Sequence record: ON391949.1
Length of the DNA stretch: 48,885 bases
From: Acinetobacter phage YC#06
Reading direction: 5' to 3' (one strand)
A model generated the notes under the pieces. That model saw nothing but the letters and a program-made list of their open reading frames with translations, was not told where the DNA came from and ran no database searches. The position numbers and the translations under genes were made by a program. Of this stretch, positions 8,890 through 19,032 are shown piece by piece (positions within the stretch are counted from its first letter, which is position 1; each line of letters begins with the position of its first letter).

Positions 8890-9624
8890 ATGTTGGTTGA
8901 AAAGTTTGATTTTATTGAGTTACTTCGCCTTGCTATTGCTCAAAGCGAAGGTAAAGGGAAAATTACTAAGCATGTTGTTTTGGGAGAAATTGCCTTATTG
9001 CCTGCAGGTGCAAAAAAATGGGCAGAATTACTGCTTGAACGTATTGATTTTGAGCGCATTGCAGAAATCACAGAAACAAAGAAAATTTATGAGACCAGGA
9101 TAATTAATGGTAAGGAATCAAAAAAGCGTATTGGTGAAATACCGGGTAAAGTTGAAATAAAAAAAGGGGAGATTAACTCAGCTGATTTTTTCCGCGTTAG
9201 AAACGTACTAGCGGGTAAGATCCATCGTGAAATGATCAAAAAGAACTTTAAGCCAAATAATTGTCAGGGCGATTTATCAAATGTGGCCAAAGGTATTGCT
9301 GAGGTTGTTTTGCGTGGGCGATTATTTACAAAGGCAATGTGTGGCCATTGCCAGGGATTAGGCAAATTGGAGTTATTTAATGAAAAGGGATATCCAAGCG
9401 GATCTAAGTTTTGTGATAAATGCAGTGGTACGGGGAAACGCCCATATACATTGCATGAAAAAATTACGATCGCAAAATTAAAAGTGTCTAAGTCTGGTTA
9501 TTCTGAGCGATATGAACCATATGAATTAATTGCTGAAGCATGTATCGAAAATTGGGAAAACACCATTAGAACTAGCCTGGCTAGATCGTTTCATTTTGAA
9601 CCTGAAGAAATATCATTAGCTTGA
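8890..9624 (+). CDS. zinc-finger protein (CGHCQGLGK ... CDKCSGTGKR)
   Basis: Two DnaJ-type CxxCxGxG repeats. Confidence 0.4.
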   Translation: MLVEKFDFIELLRLAIAQSEGKGKITKHVVLGEIALLPAGAKKWAELLLERIDFERIAEITETKKIYETRIINGKESKKRIGEIPGKVEIKKGEINSADFFRVRNVLAGKIHREMIKKNFKPNNCQGDLSNVAKGIAEVVLRGRLFTKAMCGHCQGLGKLELFNEKGYPSGSKFCDKCSGTGKRPYTLHEKITIAKLKVSKSGYSERYEPYELIAEACIENWENTIRTSLARSFHFEPEEISLA

Positions 9625-9740
9625 CTTAAACAGAACGGTTGAGTATAAGTATTTCTAAAATGGGCGCTTTATACATGGATCGCCTGAAAAACTTAATAAA
9701 AGCTCACTAATTTTAGTGGGCTTTTTGCGTATCTAGAGCA

Positions 9741-10043
9741 TTGAAAATGGAAAACACCTGGCATGCTGACCAAGAAAAACCAGAATTACGGCCAGATGAA
9801 AAACCTTTGAATTGCCCATTTTGTGGATCTGATTCAATTTGTACGGATTCTTCACATTATGGAAAACCAGATGAAGACGGCTCTATAGCGTGGGATGCTT
9901 TCACATGGTGTCATGATTGTGGATCAAAAGGCCCTAGTGCTTGGGCGATGATCGCTTGGGATGAAAATTTTCATTACGACACTGTTTATGAAGAAAGATC
10001 AATTGTTAATTATGCTATTCGCCAGTGGAATACACGCAAATAA
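9741..10043 (+). CDS. lar: Lar-family restriction alleviation protein
   Basis: CPFCGS ... CHDCGS ... AIRQWNTRK, characteristic Lar zinc-ribbon pattern. Confidence 0.65.
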   Translation: MKMENTWHADQEKPELRPDEKPLNCPFCGSDSICTDSSHYGKPDEDGSIAWDAFTWCHDCGSKGPSAWAMIAWDENFHYDTVYEERSIVNYAIRQWNTRK

Positions 10044-10134
10044 GATTTTTAATCTCGTGAGGGGTGTTTTATAAGCACACCTCTCTTTTAGCCGGACGGA
10101 TTACGGCGCAAACGGCCCCGCTACATACTAGTTA

Positions 10135-10356
10135 TTGGCGGGGCTTTTTCTTTTTGGAGTATGTATGACTGAATTTCAAAAAATTACGCATGAGATTAGA
10201 CAGCTCCAAGTAGAGTTAAATCATTTAGGAAGCTGCAATACAAAAGACTTAACAGCAGAACAGATCGCTCACATAGATGAGCGATTTTTTTTGGCCATTG
10301 AAAAGCAAAGTAAATTAATTGCTCGTCTCAACAATAAGCCAGAGGGCTTCTTATAA
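10135..10356 (+). CDS. hypothetical small protein
   Basis: ORF after hairpin 10090-10133. Confidence 0.35.
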   Translation: MAGLFLFGVCMTEFQKITHEIRQLQVELNHLGSCNTKDLTAEQIAHIDERFFLAIEKQSKLIARLNNKPEGFL

Positions 10357-10370
10357 ATATTGGTGGTGCG

Positions 10371-10805
10371 ATGGATCCTAAAAAGTACTATATGCTCACC
10401 AGGAAAAAAGAAAGAAAACCCAAGCCAAAGAGCACACCATTACCAAAAGCCAAGCAAAACTATTTAGAGGCCGAAGCAACTCTAAAAGAAGAATTAATCG
10501 AGTTGGCCATTGGTTTTGAAAGTAAGTTTCAGCCGATCCATACCAAACACTGGCGCTTTGATTTTCATATAGTGAAATTGCGTTTGCTCATTGAAATTGA
10601 GGGTGGTCCCTGGTCTGGTGGGCGTGGTGGAAAGCTGTCAAATAAAGCATGGAGTCTTAATCGATATGATCATGCTGAAGAGATGGGTTACAAAATAGAG
10701 CGCTTTCATCCAGATTCTATTTTGTCGGGATATGTCATCAACTGGATAAAAAGTGAATTAGCGAGAATTGAAGATGGAGCAGATCAGACCATTTCCTCCA
10801 ACTGA
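10371..10805 (+). CDS. DUF559-like small protein, paralogue B
   Basis: FDF...LLIEIEGGPWSGGRG...ER paralogous to 8574-8879. Confidence 0.45.
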   Translation: MDPKKYYMLTRKKERKPKPKSTPLPKAKQNYLEAEATLKEELIELAIGFESKFQPIHTKHWRFDFHIVKLRLLIEIEGGPWSGGRGGKLSNKAWSLNRYDHAEEMGYKIERFHPDSILSGYVINWIKSELARIEDGADQTISSN

Positions 10806-11415
10806 TTTTATGGATCAGGCAGAAGAAGAGGAAGCAATTCGTTTAATACCCGCTCCAGACCTAAAGAAATGGGTTGTGGCCAACTACTTAACGATAGGTG
10901 GACCTCTTTATAACCCTGACCATGACCATATTGCTGAGCTGCTTCACGATAATGAAGAATTTTTAGCATTTGCTTGGGCCTCTTCTGCATATAAAAGTAA
11001 GCAAGCTATGGTGTTAGGTCAGTGCGAAAAAGTCATGTTCAATGTTGGTGGATGGCGTAAGGCCAGACAAGAGCAACAGATGCGTGATTGGTTTGGTTTT
11101 GTACCTACTTATTTAATAACTGTCGACGCTTCTTTCTGTGAGCGTGCAAACGATACAGAGTTCTGTTACTTACTTGAACATGAGCTTTACCACATTGGAG
11201 TGATGAGAGACGAGGACGGAGAAATTGTTTATAGCGATAGTTCTGGTCTTCCTAAGCACTATCTTGCTGGTCATGACGTTGAAGAGTTTATTGGCGTAGT
11301 TAAACGTTATGGACCAAGCAAAAATGTTAAGCGACTTATTGAAGTCGCAAAAAATCCGCCGTTTGTTTCGAATCTTGATATTTCAAAATGCTGCGGCAAC
11401 TGTGTAATCAATTGA
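10768..11415 (+). CDS. HExxH metallopeptidase-like protein
   Basis: LLEHELYHIGV motif. Confidence 0.4.
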   Translation: MKMEQIRPFPPTDFMDQAEEEEAIRLIPAPDLKKWVVANYLTIGGPLYNPDHDHIAELLHDNEEFLAFAWASSAYKSKQAMVLGQCEKVMFNVGGWRKARQEQQMRDWFGFVPTYLITVDASFCERANDTEFCYLLEHELYHIGVMRDEDGEIVYSDSSGLPKHYLAGHDVEEFIGVVKRYGPSKNVKRLIEVAKNPPFVSNLDISKCCGNCVIN

Positions 11416-11473
11416 GCCTAATGGCTCTTTTTTTTGCCCATTTTGTTATACGTAGTTATACGATGAGGAAGTT

Positions 11474-11944
11474 ATGGCGACACTAAAAGAGCCTGTGAAA
11501 ATCTTTATAGTTCAGTCTCTTGCTTGTCGTGATACACCTCAAGAAGTGGCTGAACTCGTAAAACAAGAGTTTGGCGTTGATATAGATCGTGTTCAAGTTG
11601 CAACTTATGACCCTACAAAGGTTGCTGGTAAGAACTTAAGCAAAAAGTATGTCGAACTATTTGAAAAAACCAGAGATGAGTTTGATAAAGGCTTAATTGA
11701 TATTCCAATTGCTAATAAGTACTACCGATTGAAGCAATACCAAAGACAACTTGAGAAGACTAGAAACGTCAAAACAGCCTTAAAAATTCTTGAGCAAGCC
11801 GCTAAAGACATTGGTGGTCAATTTACTAATCGCCAAGAAATTACAGGCAAAGACGGCGGACCAGTCCAAACAGTTAATTCAGAAATTCCAGTTCCAATGG
11901 AAGATTACTTAAAAGCGCGGAGGGAAGTCTTAGATGAGTACTGA
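11474..11944 (+). CDS. terminase small subunit (DUF2280-like)
   Basis: Immediately upstream of and overlapping large terminase; N-terminal HTH-like region. Confidence 0.55.
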   Translation: MATLKEPVKIFIVQSLACRDTPQEVAELVKQEFGVDIDRVQVATYDPTKVAGKNLSKKYVELFEKTRDEFDKGLIDIPIANKYYRLKQYQRQLEKTRNVKTALKILEQAAKDIGGQFTNRQEITGKDGGPVQTVNSEIPVPMEDYLKARREVLDEY

Positions 11945-13361
11945 TGCGGCTCGGGATAAAGCCATCCGGATCGAGGCGCAAGAAGATTTATATTTCTTCA
12001 CAAGGTACATGTTTAAGGAGCGCCGTGGTTATAAATGGATGCAAAATTGGCACCACTTAGAAATCTGCGAAGCTTTAATGAAAGTTTATCGCGGAGAGAT
12101 AAAGCGGTTAATTATTAACGTTCCACCACGATATTCTAAAACTGAAATTGCTGTAATTAATTTCATGGCTTGGTGTTTTGGTAAGAATCCAGACTGTGAG
12201 TTTATTCATATCAGTTACTCGGCAATGCTTGCCGCAAATAATGCCTTCCAAATACGAACTCTTGTACAAGAAGAGGCGTATAGAAAAGTCTTTCCTGAGC
12301 TTACATTGCGTGATGATAGTAAGGCTAAAGACTTCTGGAGAACTTCTCAAGGCGGTGTCTGCTATGCGACAGGTACAGGCGGTACGATTACTGGTTTTGG
12401 TGCAGGAAAACTTCGTAAAGGCTTTGGTGGCTGCATTATTATTGATGACCCACATAAAGCACATGAAGCTTCATCAAAAACTATTCGAGAAGGGGTAATT
12501 GATTGGTTTCAGAACACACTCGAATCGCGTACTAACTCGCCAGATACGCCGATCATTGTGATTATGCAGCGACTTCATGAAGATGATTTAGCTGGATGGT
12601 TGCTAGGTGATAGAAAAGACGGCGTTCCTGTAGCTGGTGGTAACGGTGAAGTGTGGGAGCATCTATGTCTTTCAGCTATTCAGGAAGACGGATCCGCACT
12701 GTGGCCAGCAAAACACAATATCCAAAAATTGAGGCTAATGGAGCAAGCAGCACCATATGTATTTGCCGGGCAGTACCGACAAATGCCATCACCGCCAGCA
12801 GGCGGTTTTTTTAAGCCCGACAATATTCAAATTGTTGATGCTTTGCCTGCGGATGTAGTGAAACAAGTTAGGGCTTGGGATTTTGGGGCTACCGAAAATG
12901 AGGGCGACTTTACAGTAGGTGTGCGAGAAGCTCTAGGCGCAGATGGTTTTACTTACATTGTCGATGTAACTAGAGGACAGCTTGGACCTGACAATGTGAA
13001 TAAGCGCTTAGAACAAACAGCAAAAATAGATGGGAAAAAAGTTTCTGTGCGTCTACCACAAGATCCCGGTCAAGCTGGTAAATCACAAGCTAGTTCATTT
13101 GTGAAGCTTCTTGCGGGTTATAGCGTGATAGCTAAGCCAATTTCAGGTGACAAGCTTACACGTGCACAACCATTTGCGGCCCAAGTTAACGTAGGAAATG
13201 TACGAATGCTCAAAGGTGAATGGAATAAGGATTTTATTGATGAGCTTCGTCATTTTCCTAATGGCACACATGACGACCAAGTGGATGCAGCTTCAGATGC
13301 GTTTAATGAATTACATGAAGGTTTTGAAGCCTTCTTTGCTGATATGGGATTTGCTCGATGA
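11934..13361 (+). CDS. terminase large subunit
   Basis: 475 aa; ATPase and nuclease-like acidic motifs IIIDDPH, HEDDLAG; followed by portal. Confidence 0.85.
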   Translation: MSTDAARDKAIRIEAQEDLYFFTRYMFKERRGYKWMQNWHHLEICEALMKVYRGEIKRLIINVPPRYSKTEIAVINFMAWCFGKNPDCEFIHISYSAMLAANNAFQIRTLVQEEAYRKVFPELTLRDDSKAKDFWRTSQGGVCYATGTGGTITGFGAGKLRKGFGGCIIIDDPHKAHEASSKTIREGVIDWFQNTLESRTNSPDTPIIVIMQRLHEDDLAGWLLGDRKDGVPVAGGNGEVWEHLCLSAIQEDGSALWPAKHNIQKLRLMEQAAPYVFAGQYRQMPSPPAGGFFKPDNIQIVDALPADVVKQVRAWDFGATENEGDFTVGVREALGADGFTYIVDVTRGQLGPDNVNKRLEQTAKIDGKKVSVRLPQDPGQAGKSQASSFVKLLAGYSVIAKPISGDKLTRAQPFAAQVNVGNVRMLKGEWNKDFIDELRHFPNGTHDDQVDAASDAFNELHEGFEAFFADMGFAR

Positions 13362-14809
13362 GTGATGTAACTTTTCAACATGCTGAATATGTTAAGAACT
13401 TGCCATACTGGCAAAAACTTGATGATGTTTGTGAAGGTGAAGATGCAGTTAAGGCTAAAGGTGAAAAATATTTGCCGATGCCAAATGCACATGATAAATC
13501 ACCTGCAAATAAAAGCGCTTATGAGGCTTATCTTACCCGTGCAGTCTTTTATGAAGTAACAGGGACTACATTAAATAGTTTAGTTGGTGCAGCTTTTGCA
13601 ACCGATCCAAGTTTTAAATTTCCTCCGGAACTTGCTCATTTAGAACGTAATGCAAATGGTGCTGGTTTAAGTACTTATCAATTGGCTCAAAATGGAATTC
13701 GCCATTTATTGAAGCATTATCGTTGTGCTTTATATGTAGATTATCCTGATGTGCCGCCAGCTCGTAATCTAGCGGAATTTAAAGCACAAAAAGCCTATCC
13801 GATGATTCATTTACTAAATGCCCTTGATGTAGTGAATTGGGATTCAGTAATGATCGATAACCAGAAAAAGCTTTGCTTAGTGGTTATACGTGAATTTAAG
13901 TCTGAGCGCGGTGCTGATGGATTTAGTAAAACCGAACAAGAGCAATATCGTGTACTTCGTTTAGAGCAAGAGGGAAATGGGGAATATATTTATTCCGTTC
14001 AGGTGTACACAAAGGGTGAAAAGGGTAACTGGGTTGGCGGAGAGAAGAAGTTTCCAACAGATTACAACGGGAATTTCTGGACCTATATACCTTTTACATT
14101 TGTAGGTGCTATTGATAACTCTGAAGAGATTAAAAAGCCTCCATTGCTCCCATTGGCTAATCTTAATTTAGCTCATTATAGAGATAGTGCGGACTTTCAA
14201 GAGTCCGTTTTTTATATGGGCCAACCTCAATATTATGCGAAGGGTGTTAATTGGGAGTGGTATGACCAAGCCAAGAAACGTGGCATCTACATTGGAGCGA
14301 AAGTACTTTTGCCTTTACCTGAAAATGGTGGTTTAGGAATTGTACAAGCCGACCCTAATACTCTTGCCCGGGAAGCGATGAAAGATAAGTGGGAAAAAAT
14401 GAAGGAGATGGGGGCGCGTTTAATTGAGAAGGGCTCGGGAAGTAAAAAGACCGCTACCGAAGCGAATAGTGATGACGCCGTTCAGCATTCAGTTCTTTCG
14501 CTCTGTGTCGTTAATATGAATGAAGCCTTGTCAGCAGCATTACGATGGGCTGCTAAGTTTGTAACGCCTAATGTGGATGTTCTGACTAAAGATGAACTGA
14601 TGTTCGAAATTAGTCAGGAATTTAACAAGCAAGGTTATTTAGCTGAGTTGGCTCGTCAATTGTTTGAAGCAGCTTTACAAGGTAGATCTTCATTCAAATC
14701 TTGGTGGGAATACAACCAAACAGGAATGTTCCCTAAACAAAAATATGAAGAAGAGCTTCAGAATGTTGAAGCAGAGCAAGATGGGACTTTAAATCAAAAG
14801 GTAGAGTGA
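13358..14809 (+). CDS. portal protein
   Basis: 483 aa directly after terminase with ATGA overlap. Confidence 0.75.
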   Translation: MSDVTFQHAEYVKNLPYWQKLDDVCEGEDAVKAKGEKYLPMPNAHDKSPANKSAYEAYLTRAVFYEVTGTTLNSLVGAAFATDPSFKFPPELAHLERNANGAGLSTYQLAQNGIRHLLKHYRCALYVDYPDVPPARNLAEFKAQKAYPMIHLLNALDVVNWDSVMIDNQKKLCLVVIREFKSERGADGFSKTEQEQYRVLRLEQEGNGEYIYSVQVYTKGEKGNWVGGEKKFPTDYNGNFWTYIPFTFVGAIDNSEEIKKPPLLPLANLNLAHYRDSADFQESVFYMGQPQYYAKGVNWEWYDQAKKRGIYIGAKVLLPLPENGGLGIVQADPNTLAREAMKDKWEKMKEMGARLIEKGSGSKKTATEANSDDAVQHSVLSLCVVNMNEALSAALRWAAKFVTPNVDVLTKDELMFEISQEFNKQGYLAELARQLFEAALQGRSSFKSWWEYNQTGMFPKQKYEEELQNVEAEQDGTLNQKVE

Positions 14810-14810
14810 G

Positions 14811-15914
14811 ATGGCAACAGATATCAAAAAACTATTTGAAGTACTCACTCAGCACCAGGCCTATCTTTATCGTGCTTCATCAAAAACGGTAAATGAGTTA
14901 TTGGCTTTATTCAATGATGATACGAGCAAGATGCTATCTAAGCTTCGGGATTTATTGGATGAGCTTAATGAGTCGGAGAAAGTTGCTTTAGCTGGTGGTA
15001 AATATACAACTTCAAATTTAAGGGAAATTAGGGATTTGATTGCCCAATGGTTTGCCAGTGTTAATTTAGCATTACCTGAAGCTTTTGCCGTTTCTGCTAC
15101 GGCGCTGGCTGTTTATGAGGCCAATTACGTAGCTAAGCTCTATGGAGCAAAAATTAATAAGCCTGATGGGGAAAAACTATTCTTATCCGCTAAAAAAGTT
15201 CCGTTGGCAGGTGGCGCTCTTGTCGATGATCTGCTTTCAAGAATTGCTGAAAGTGCCCGTCAAAAGGTTGAGTATGCAATTCGAGATGGTATTAATTCAG
15301 GCAAAACTAACCAAGAAATTGTTCAGCGTATTCGTGGTACCAAACGGCTTAACTATGAAGATGGGATCTTAAATGGTACCAAAACTGATATTGAGCGAAC
15401 GGTAAGAACTGTGCGAAGTCATGTAGCTAATCAAGCCTATCTAAATAGCTTCAACCAAATTGGCTTTGAATATGTCCGATTTGTTAGCGTTTTAGATGGA
15501 CGAACTTCTAAGCTTTGCGCTTCATTAGATGGTTCAGTGTGGGAAATAAATGATCCGGCAAAGCGAGTGCCGCCGTTACATCCTAACTGTCGCAGTATCT
15601 TGGTTCCGGTCGAGAAGGACGGTCAACTTGTTGGCGAACGGCCATTTGTAATGGACGAACGTAGAGTTAAAGACATCCCCAAAGAAGAGCGAAGCCAGTT
15701 AATAGGACAGTTAGATGCAAACACCACATTCAAAGAGTTCTTTAAGAAAACAGATGATTTCTTTCAAAGGGAGTGGCTAGGGCCAAAGCGCTTTAAGCTC
15801 TATAAAGATGGGAAATTTGATTTTGATAAGTTCTTTGATCCTGAAGGCCGTTTCTATAGCTTAGATGATTTGAGAAAGTTGGATGAAAAAGCTTTTAAAA
15901 AGTTGGGTCTGTAA
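14811..15914 (+). CDS. head morphogenesis protein (Mu F / SPP1 gp7-like)
   Basis: Position after portal; size 367 aa. Confidence 0.6.
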   Translation: MATDIKKLFEVLTQHQAYLYRASSKTVNELLALFNDDTSKMLSKLRDLLDELNESEKVALAGGKYTTSNLREIRDLIAQWFASVNLALPEAFAVSATALAVYEANYVAKLYGAKINKPDGEKLFLSAKKVPLAGGALVDDLLSRIAESARQKVEYAIRDGINSGKTNQEIVQRIRGTKRLNYEDGILNGTKTDIERTVRTVRSHVANQAYLNSFNQIGFEYVRFVSVLDGRTSKLCASLDGSVWEINDPAKRVPPLHPNCRSILVPVEKDGQLVGERPFVMDERRVKDIPKEERSQLIGQLDANTTFKEFFKKTDDFFQREWLGPKRFKLYKDGKFDFDKFFDPEGRFYSLDDLRKLDEKAFKKLGL

Positions 15915-15922
15915 TTTTTCTT

Positions 15923-16351
15923 ATGTTATATTTTTTAAAACATCAGAATTTATACAATATGAAAACAATAGCTTTTGTATGTCTAACCCTAATTTCCATC
16001 ACTTGTTTAGCTGAACCAAGTCAAAAATATCTTAAAGAATATGATCGATTGTCTGAAGCTTTGGAGTCAGCAATGGCAAATGCATATTCTTTTGATCCTG
16101 CAACTGGTCAAGTAAAACAGGCTACTCAAGGTTTAGAAGCTAAAAATAATTTATGTAGAGCTGCCCAGGCGAAACTAAACCTCACCACGTTTTTAAAAGA
16201 CAATTTAGAGGAATCTAAAGAGCTTTATAAATCTATTGATGGTGCAGAGACTCTAGATAAAAATTATCTTAGTGGACAACAGCAGGAACAACAAAATCTC
16301 GTTTCAAATTTGAAAAAAGACCTTGTTGGAACTGGATTTAACTGTGAGTAA
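15923..16351 (+). CDS. secreted or periplasmic small protein (moron)
   Basis: Signal peptide MKTIAFVCLTLISITCLA from internal Met. Confidence 0.4.
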   Translation: MLYFLKHQNLYNMKTIAFVCLTLISITCLAEPSQKYLKEYDRLSEALESAMANAYSFDPATGQVKQATQGLEAKNNLCRAAQAKLNLTTFLKDNLEESKELYKSIDGAETLDKNYLSGQQQEQQNLVSNLKKDLVGTGFNCE

Positions 16352-16449
16352 TTATTGCCGATTACAGGTAATTCTAAACTCACTTAAGACACAATTTTCA
16401 CCTATATAAGCGCCCAAATGGCGCTTTTGTCATTTATGGAGTTTGGCTT

Positions 16450-16692
16450 ATGAGTGAATCAAAAGTTAGACATTTGGTACTTAAAAGAGTTTCAGATAAA
16501 TCTTCTCATCTTGCTCTTTGTGACGAGGAAACAGGTATTCCATTAGCTGGATTAACCGCTGTAAAAATGAATTGTAGTGTTTTTGAGGGTCCAGCGACTA
16601 TCACGGCAACATTTGATGTAGGTGGTCCTCAAGGCATCCGCTTAGTTGGTGATGAACCTAGACAAAAGGTTTGGAGTGCAAAGGAAACGTAG
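16450..16692 (+). CDS. hypothetical protein
   Basis: ORF after terminator 16410-16430. Confidence 0.3.
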   Translation: MSESKVRHLVLKRVSDKSSHLALCDEETGIPLAGLTAVKMNCSVFEGPATITATFDVGGPQGIRLVGDEPRQKVWSAKET

Positions 16693-16878
16693 CGAAAGGT
16701 ACTACAAATGTCTGAAAAGCAAATCAATATGTCGGATGCTCAATATATTCTGAGCACAAAATTAATTCTGGTGCCATTTCTTCAAATTAAGATTTCAAGA
16801 GCCATGGCAATTTATGGTTTTACTTTTGAAAGATTAAAAGCGATTGCACTCATCAATTAGAACTTAATTTTTAACCTT

Positions 16879-16900
16879 AGCACCTTCGGGTGCTTTTTTT
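16879..16900 (+). terminator. rho-independent terminator
   Basis: agcaccttcgggtgc + T7. Confidence 0.6.
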
Positions 16901-16911
16901 GTGAGAAGAAA

Positions 16912-17103
16912 ATGCCAAGCCCTATTATCCAATATTTCCAATATGAACATTTACCTGAACATTTGCAGCAAGTTAGTAAGCCAATTGGTGATTTAGCTCG
17001 GCAAATGGATGAGCAACTTCCTGACGGGCCTGAAAAATCCACAGGATTAAGAAAGCTACTTGAAGCAAAAGATGCATTTGTACGCCAAGCTTTAAGTAAA
17101 TAA
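16912..17103 (+). CDS. small stand-alone ORF flanked by two terminators
   Basis: 63 aa between hairpins 16879-16900 and 17121-17142. Confidence 0.3.
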   Translation: MPSPIIQYFQYEHLPEHLQQVSKPIGDLARQMDEQLPDGPEKSTGLRKLLEAKDAFVRQALSK

Positions 17104-17120
17104 TCATTTATAGAAATGAA

Positions 17121-17142
17121 GCGTCCTAAAGGGCGCTTTTTT
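17121..17142 (+). terminator. rho-independent terminator followed by ATTGCCT motif
   Basis: gcgtcctaaagggcgc + T6. Confidence 0.55.
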
Positions 17143-17216
17143 ATTGCCTGCCGAAAGCGGATGCTAACGGCGAATCCGGGCGGATGCCCATTTTGTATAT
17201 ATAGGTTGGATGACCA

Positions 17217-17984
17217 ATGAAACTTAAAACAGTAACAATCGACGGTAAAGTTTATGCGGAAGTAGACGGTGATAAGCCGATCTATATTCATGATGACGGC
17301 AAAGAAATGCCACATGATGCACCACACTCGGTAGCAACAATTGCACGCTTAAACAATGAAGCTAAAACACATCGTGAAGCCAAAGAAGCAGCCGAAAAAG
17401 CATTAAAAGCTTTTGAAGGAATTGAAGACCCAGCGGCAGCTAAAAAGGCATTACAAACAATCCAAAATCTCGATGATAAAAAGCTGGTGGATGCCGGTGA
17501 AGTTGAGAAAGTTAAAGCTGAAGCTATCAAAGCAGTTGAGGAAAAATATGCCCCGATTGTTGCGCAACGTGATGCTCTAGAAGCCTCTTTACATAAAGAA
17601 CTTATCGGCGGTGGTTTTGCTCGTTCTAAGTACATTCAAGACAACATTGCAGTACCTGTGGACATGGTTCAGGCAACCTTTGGTCATCACTTCAAAATCG
17701 AAGAAGGCAAGGTGGTTGCATATGATCCGAACGGCGAAAAGATTTATTCACGTGTCCGCCCGGGTGAACTTGCAAATGTTGATGAAGCTTTAGAGTCATT
17801 GGTTGGTGGATACCAGCATAAAGACTTAATTCTTAAAGGTGGTAAAGGAACTGGTGGCGGTTTTCAAGGTGGGGGCAAAGGTGGAGCACCTACTGGAATG
17901 AAACGCAGTGAAATGTCTGTTTCTCAGAAAGCAGATTACATCAAAGAACATGGCAATGATGCCTTCCTAAAACTACCGAACTAA
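17217..17984 (+). CDS. scaffolding / head maturation protein
   Basis: Acidic helical protein upstream of capsid gene, Gly-rich C-terminus. Confidence 0.5.
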   Translation: MKLKTVTIDGKVYAEVDGDKPIYIHDDGKEMPHDAPHSVATIARLNNEAKTHREAKEAAEKALKAFEGIEDPAAAKKALQTIQNLDDKKLVDAGEVEKVKAEAIKAVEEKYAPIVAQRDALEASLHKELIGGGFARSKYIQDNIAVPVDMVQATFGHHFKIEEGKVVAYDPNGEKIYSRVRPGELANVDEALESLVGGYQHKDLILKGGKGTGGGFQGGGKGGAPTGMKRSEMSVSQKADYIKEHGNDAFLKLPN

Positions 17985-18011
17985 TCATTAAATATTTGGA
18001 GATAAGTAGTT

Positions 18012-18968
18012 ATGACTACAACAGTTAATTCAGACATGATCATCTATAATCAATTGGCTCAAACTGCTTATTTAGAGCGTTTGCAAGACAATTTGAACGT
18101 ATTTAATGAAGCTTCCAATGGTGCGATTATTTATCGTAATGAAATCATTCAAGGTGACTTCAATAAAAATGCATTCTACAAAGTTGGTGGTAGCATTAAA
18201 CATCGCGATGTGAACTCCAATGCAAAAGTAACTCCGGAAAAAATTGGTTCTGGTGAGTCTGTAGGCGTAAAAGTCCCATATAAATATGGTCCTTATGCAT
18301 CAACTGAAGAGGCATTTAAGCGCCGTGCTCGTACACCAGAAGAATTTGCTATGGTTGTTGGTTACGATCTTGCAGATGCATTGGTTGCAGGCCGATTAGA
18401 GTACAGTTTAGCTTCTTTAAAAGCTGCTATTTCTAGCAATCCAGACATGGTTGCGAAAGGAAGTATCGTTGTTGATGGCCGCAAAGCATTAACTCGTGGT
18501 ATGCGAAAGTTTGGTGATAAGTTTGGCCGAATTGGCTTATGGGTGATGAACTCAGATACATATTTCGATATTGTCGATGATGCTATCACTAAGCAAATTT
18601 ACGGTGAATCTGAAATCGTTATCTATGGTGGTTTACCAGGAACCTTAGGAAAGCCGGTATTGGTGACGGATGCTGTAGGTGATAACGATGCTTTTGGCTT
18701 GCAGTATGGTGCTGTAACAGTAACTGAATCACAAGTACCGGGCTTCCGAGCTTATGACATCAATGATGAAGAAAACTTAGCAATCGGTATGCGTGCTGAA
18801 GGTGCATTTAACCTAGATATTCTTGGTTATAGTTGGGATACATCGAAAGGTGAAAATCCTGACCTTACATTACTTGGTTCAAGCGCTAACTGGATTAAAT
18901 ATGCAACCAGCAACAAAATGACAGCAGGTACCTTACTTGATTTATCAGGTACAGCGACAACTGGTTAA
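18012..18968 (+). CDS. major capsid protein
   Basis: 318 aa, position after scaffold, strong RBS, terminator downstream. Confidence 0.6.
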   Translation: MTTTVNSDMIIYNQLAQTAYLERLQDNLNVFNEASNGAIIYRNEIIQGDFNKNAFYKVGGSIKHRDVNSNAKVTPEKIGSGESVGVKVPYKYGPYASTEEAFKRRARTPEEFAMVVGYDLADALVAGRLEYSLASLKAAISSNPDMVAKGSIVVDGRKALTRGMRKFGDKFGRIGLWVMNSDTYFDIVDDAITKQIYGESEIVIYGGLPGTLGKPVLVTDAVGDNDAFGLQYGAVTVTESQVPGFRAYDINDEENLAIGMRAEGAFNLDILGYSWDTSKGENPDLTLLGSSANWIKYATSNKMTAGTLLDLSGTATTG

Positions 18969-18987
18969 AACCTAAAAATTAAAACCT

Positions 18988-19015
18988 AAGGGGGCTAATA
19001 AGCCCTCTTTTTATT
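18988..19015 (+). terminator. rho-independent terminator after capsid gene
   Basis: gggggctaataagccctc + T5. Confidence 0.5.
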
Positions 19016-19032
19016 ATTAAGAGAAAAGCGCC

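Noticed and set aside
12108-12498. ORFs 12108-12464(-) and 12178-12498(+) inside the large terminase gene
   Set aside because: They are fully embedded in a strongly supported CDS and have low-complexity hydrophobic translations.
16857-17327. 156-aa minus-strand ORF
   Set aside because: It spans two rho-independent terminators and overlaps the start of the scaffold gene, and its translation is Cys/Trp-rich junk.
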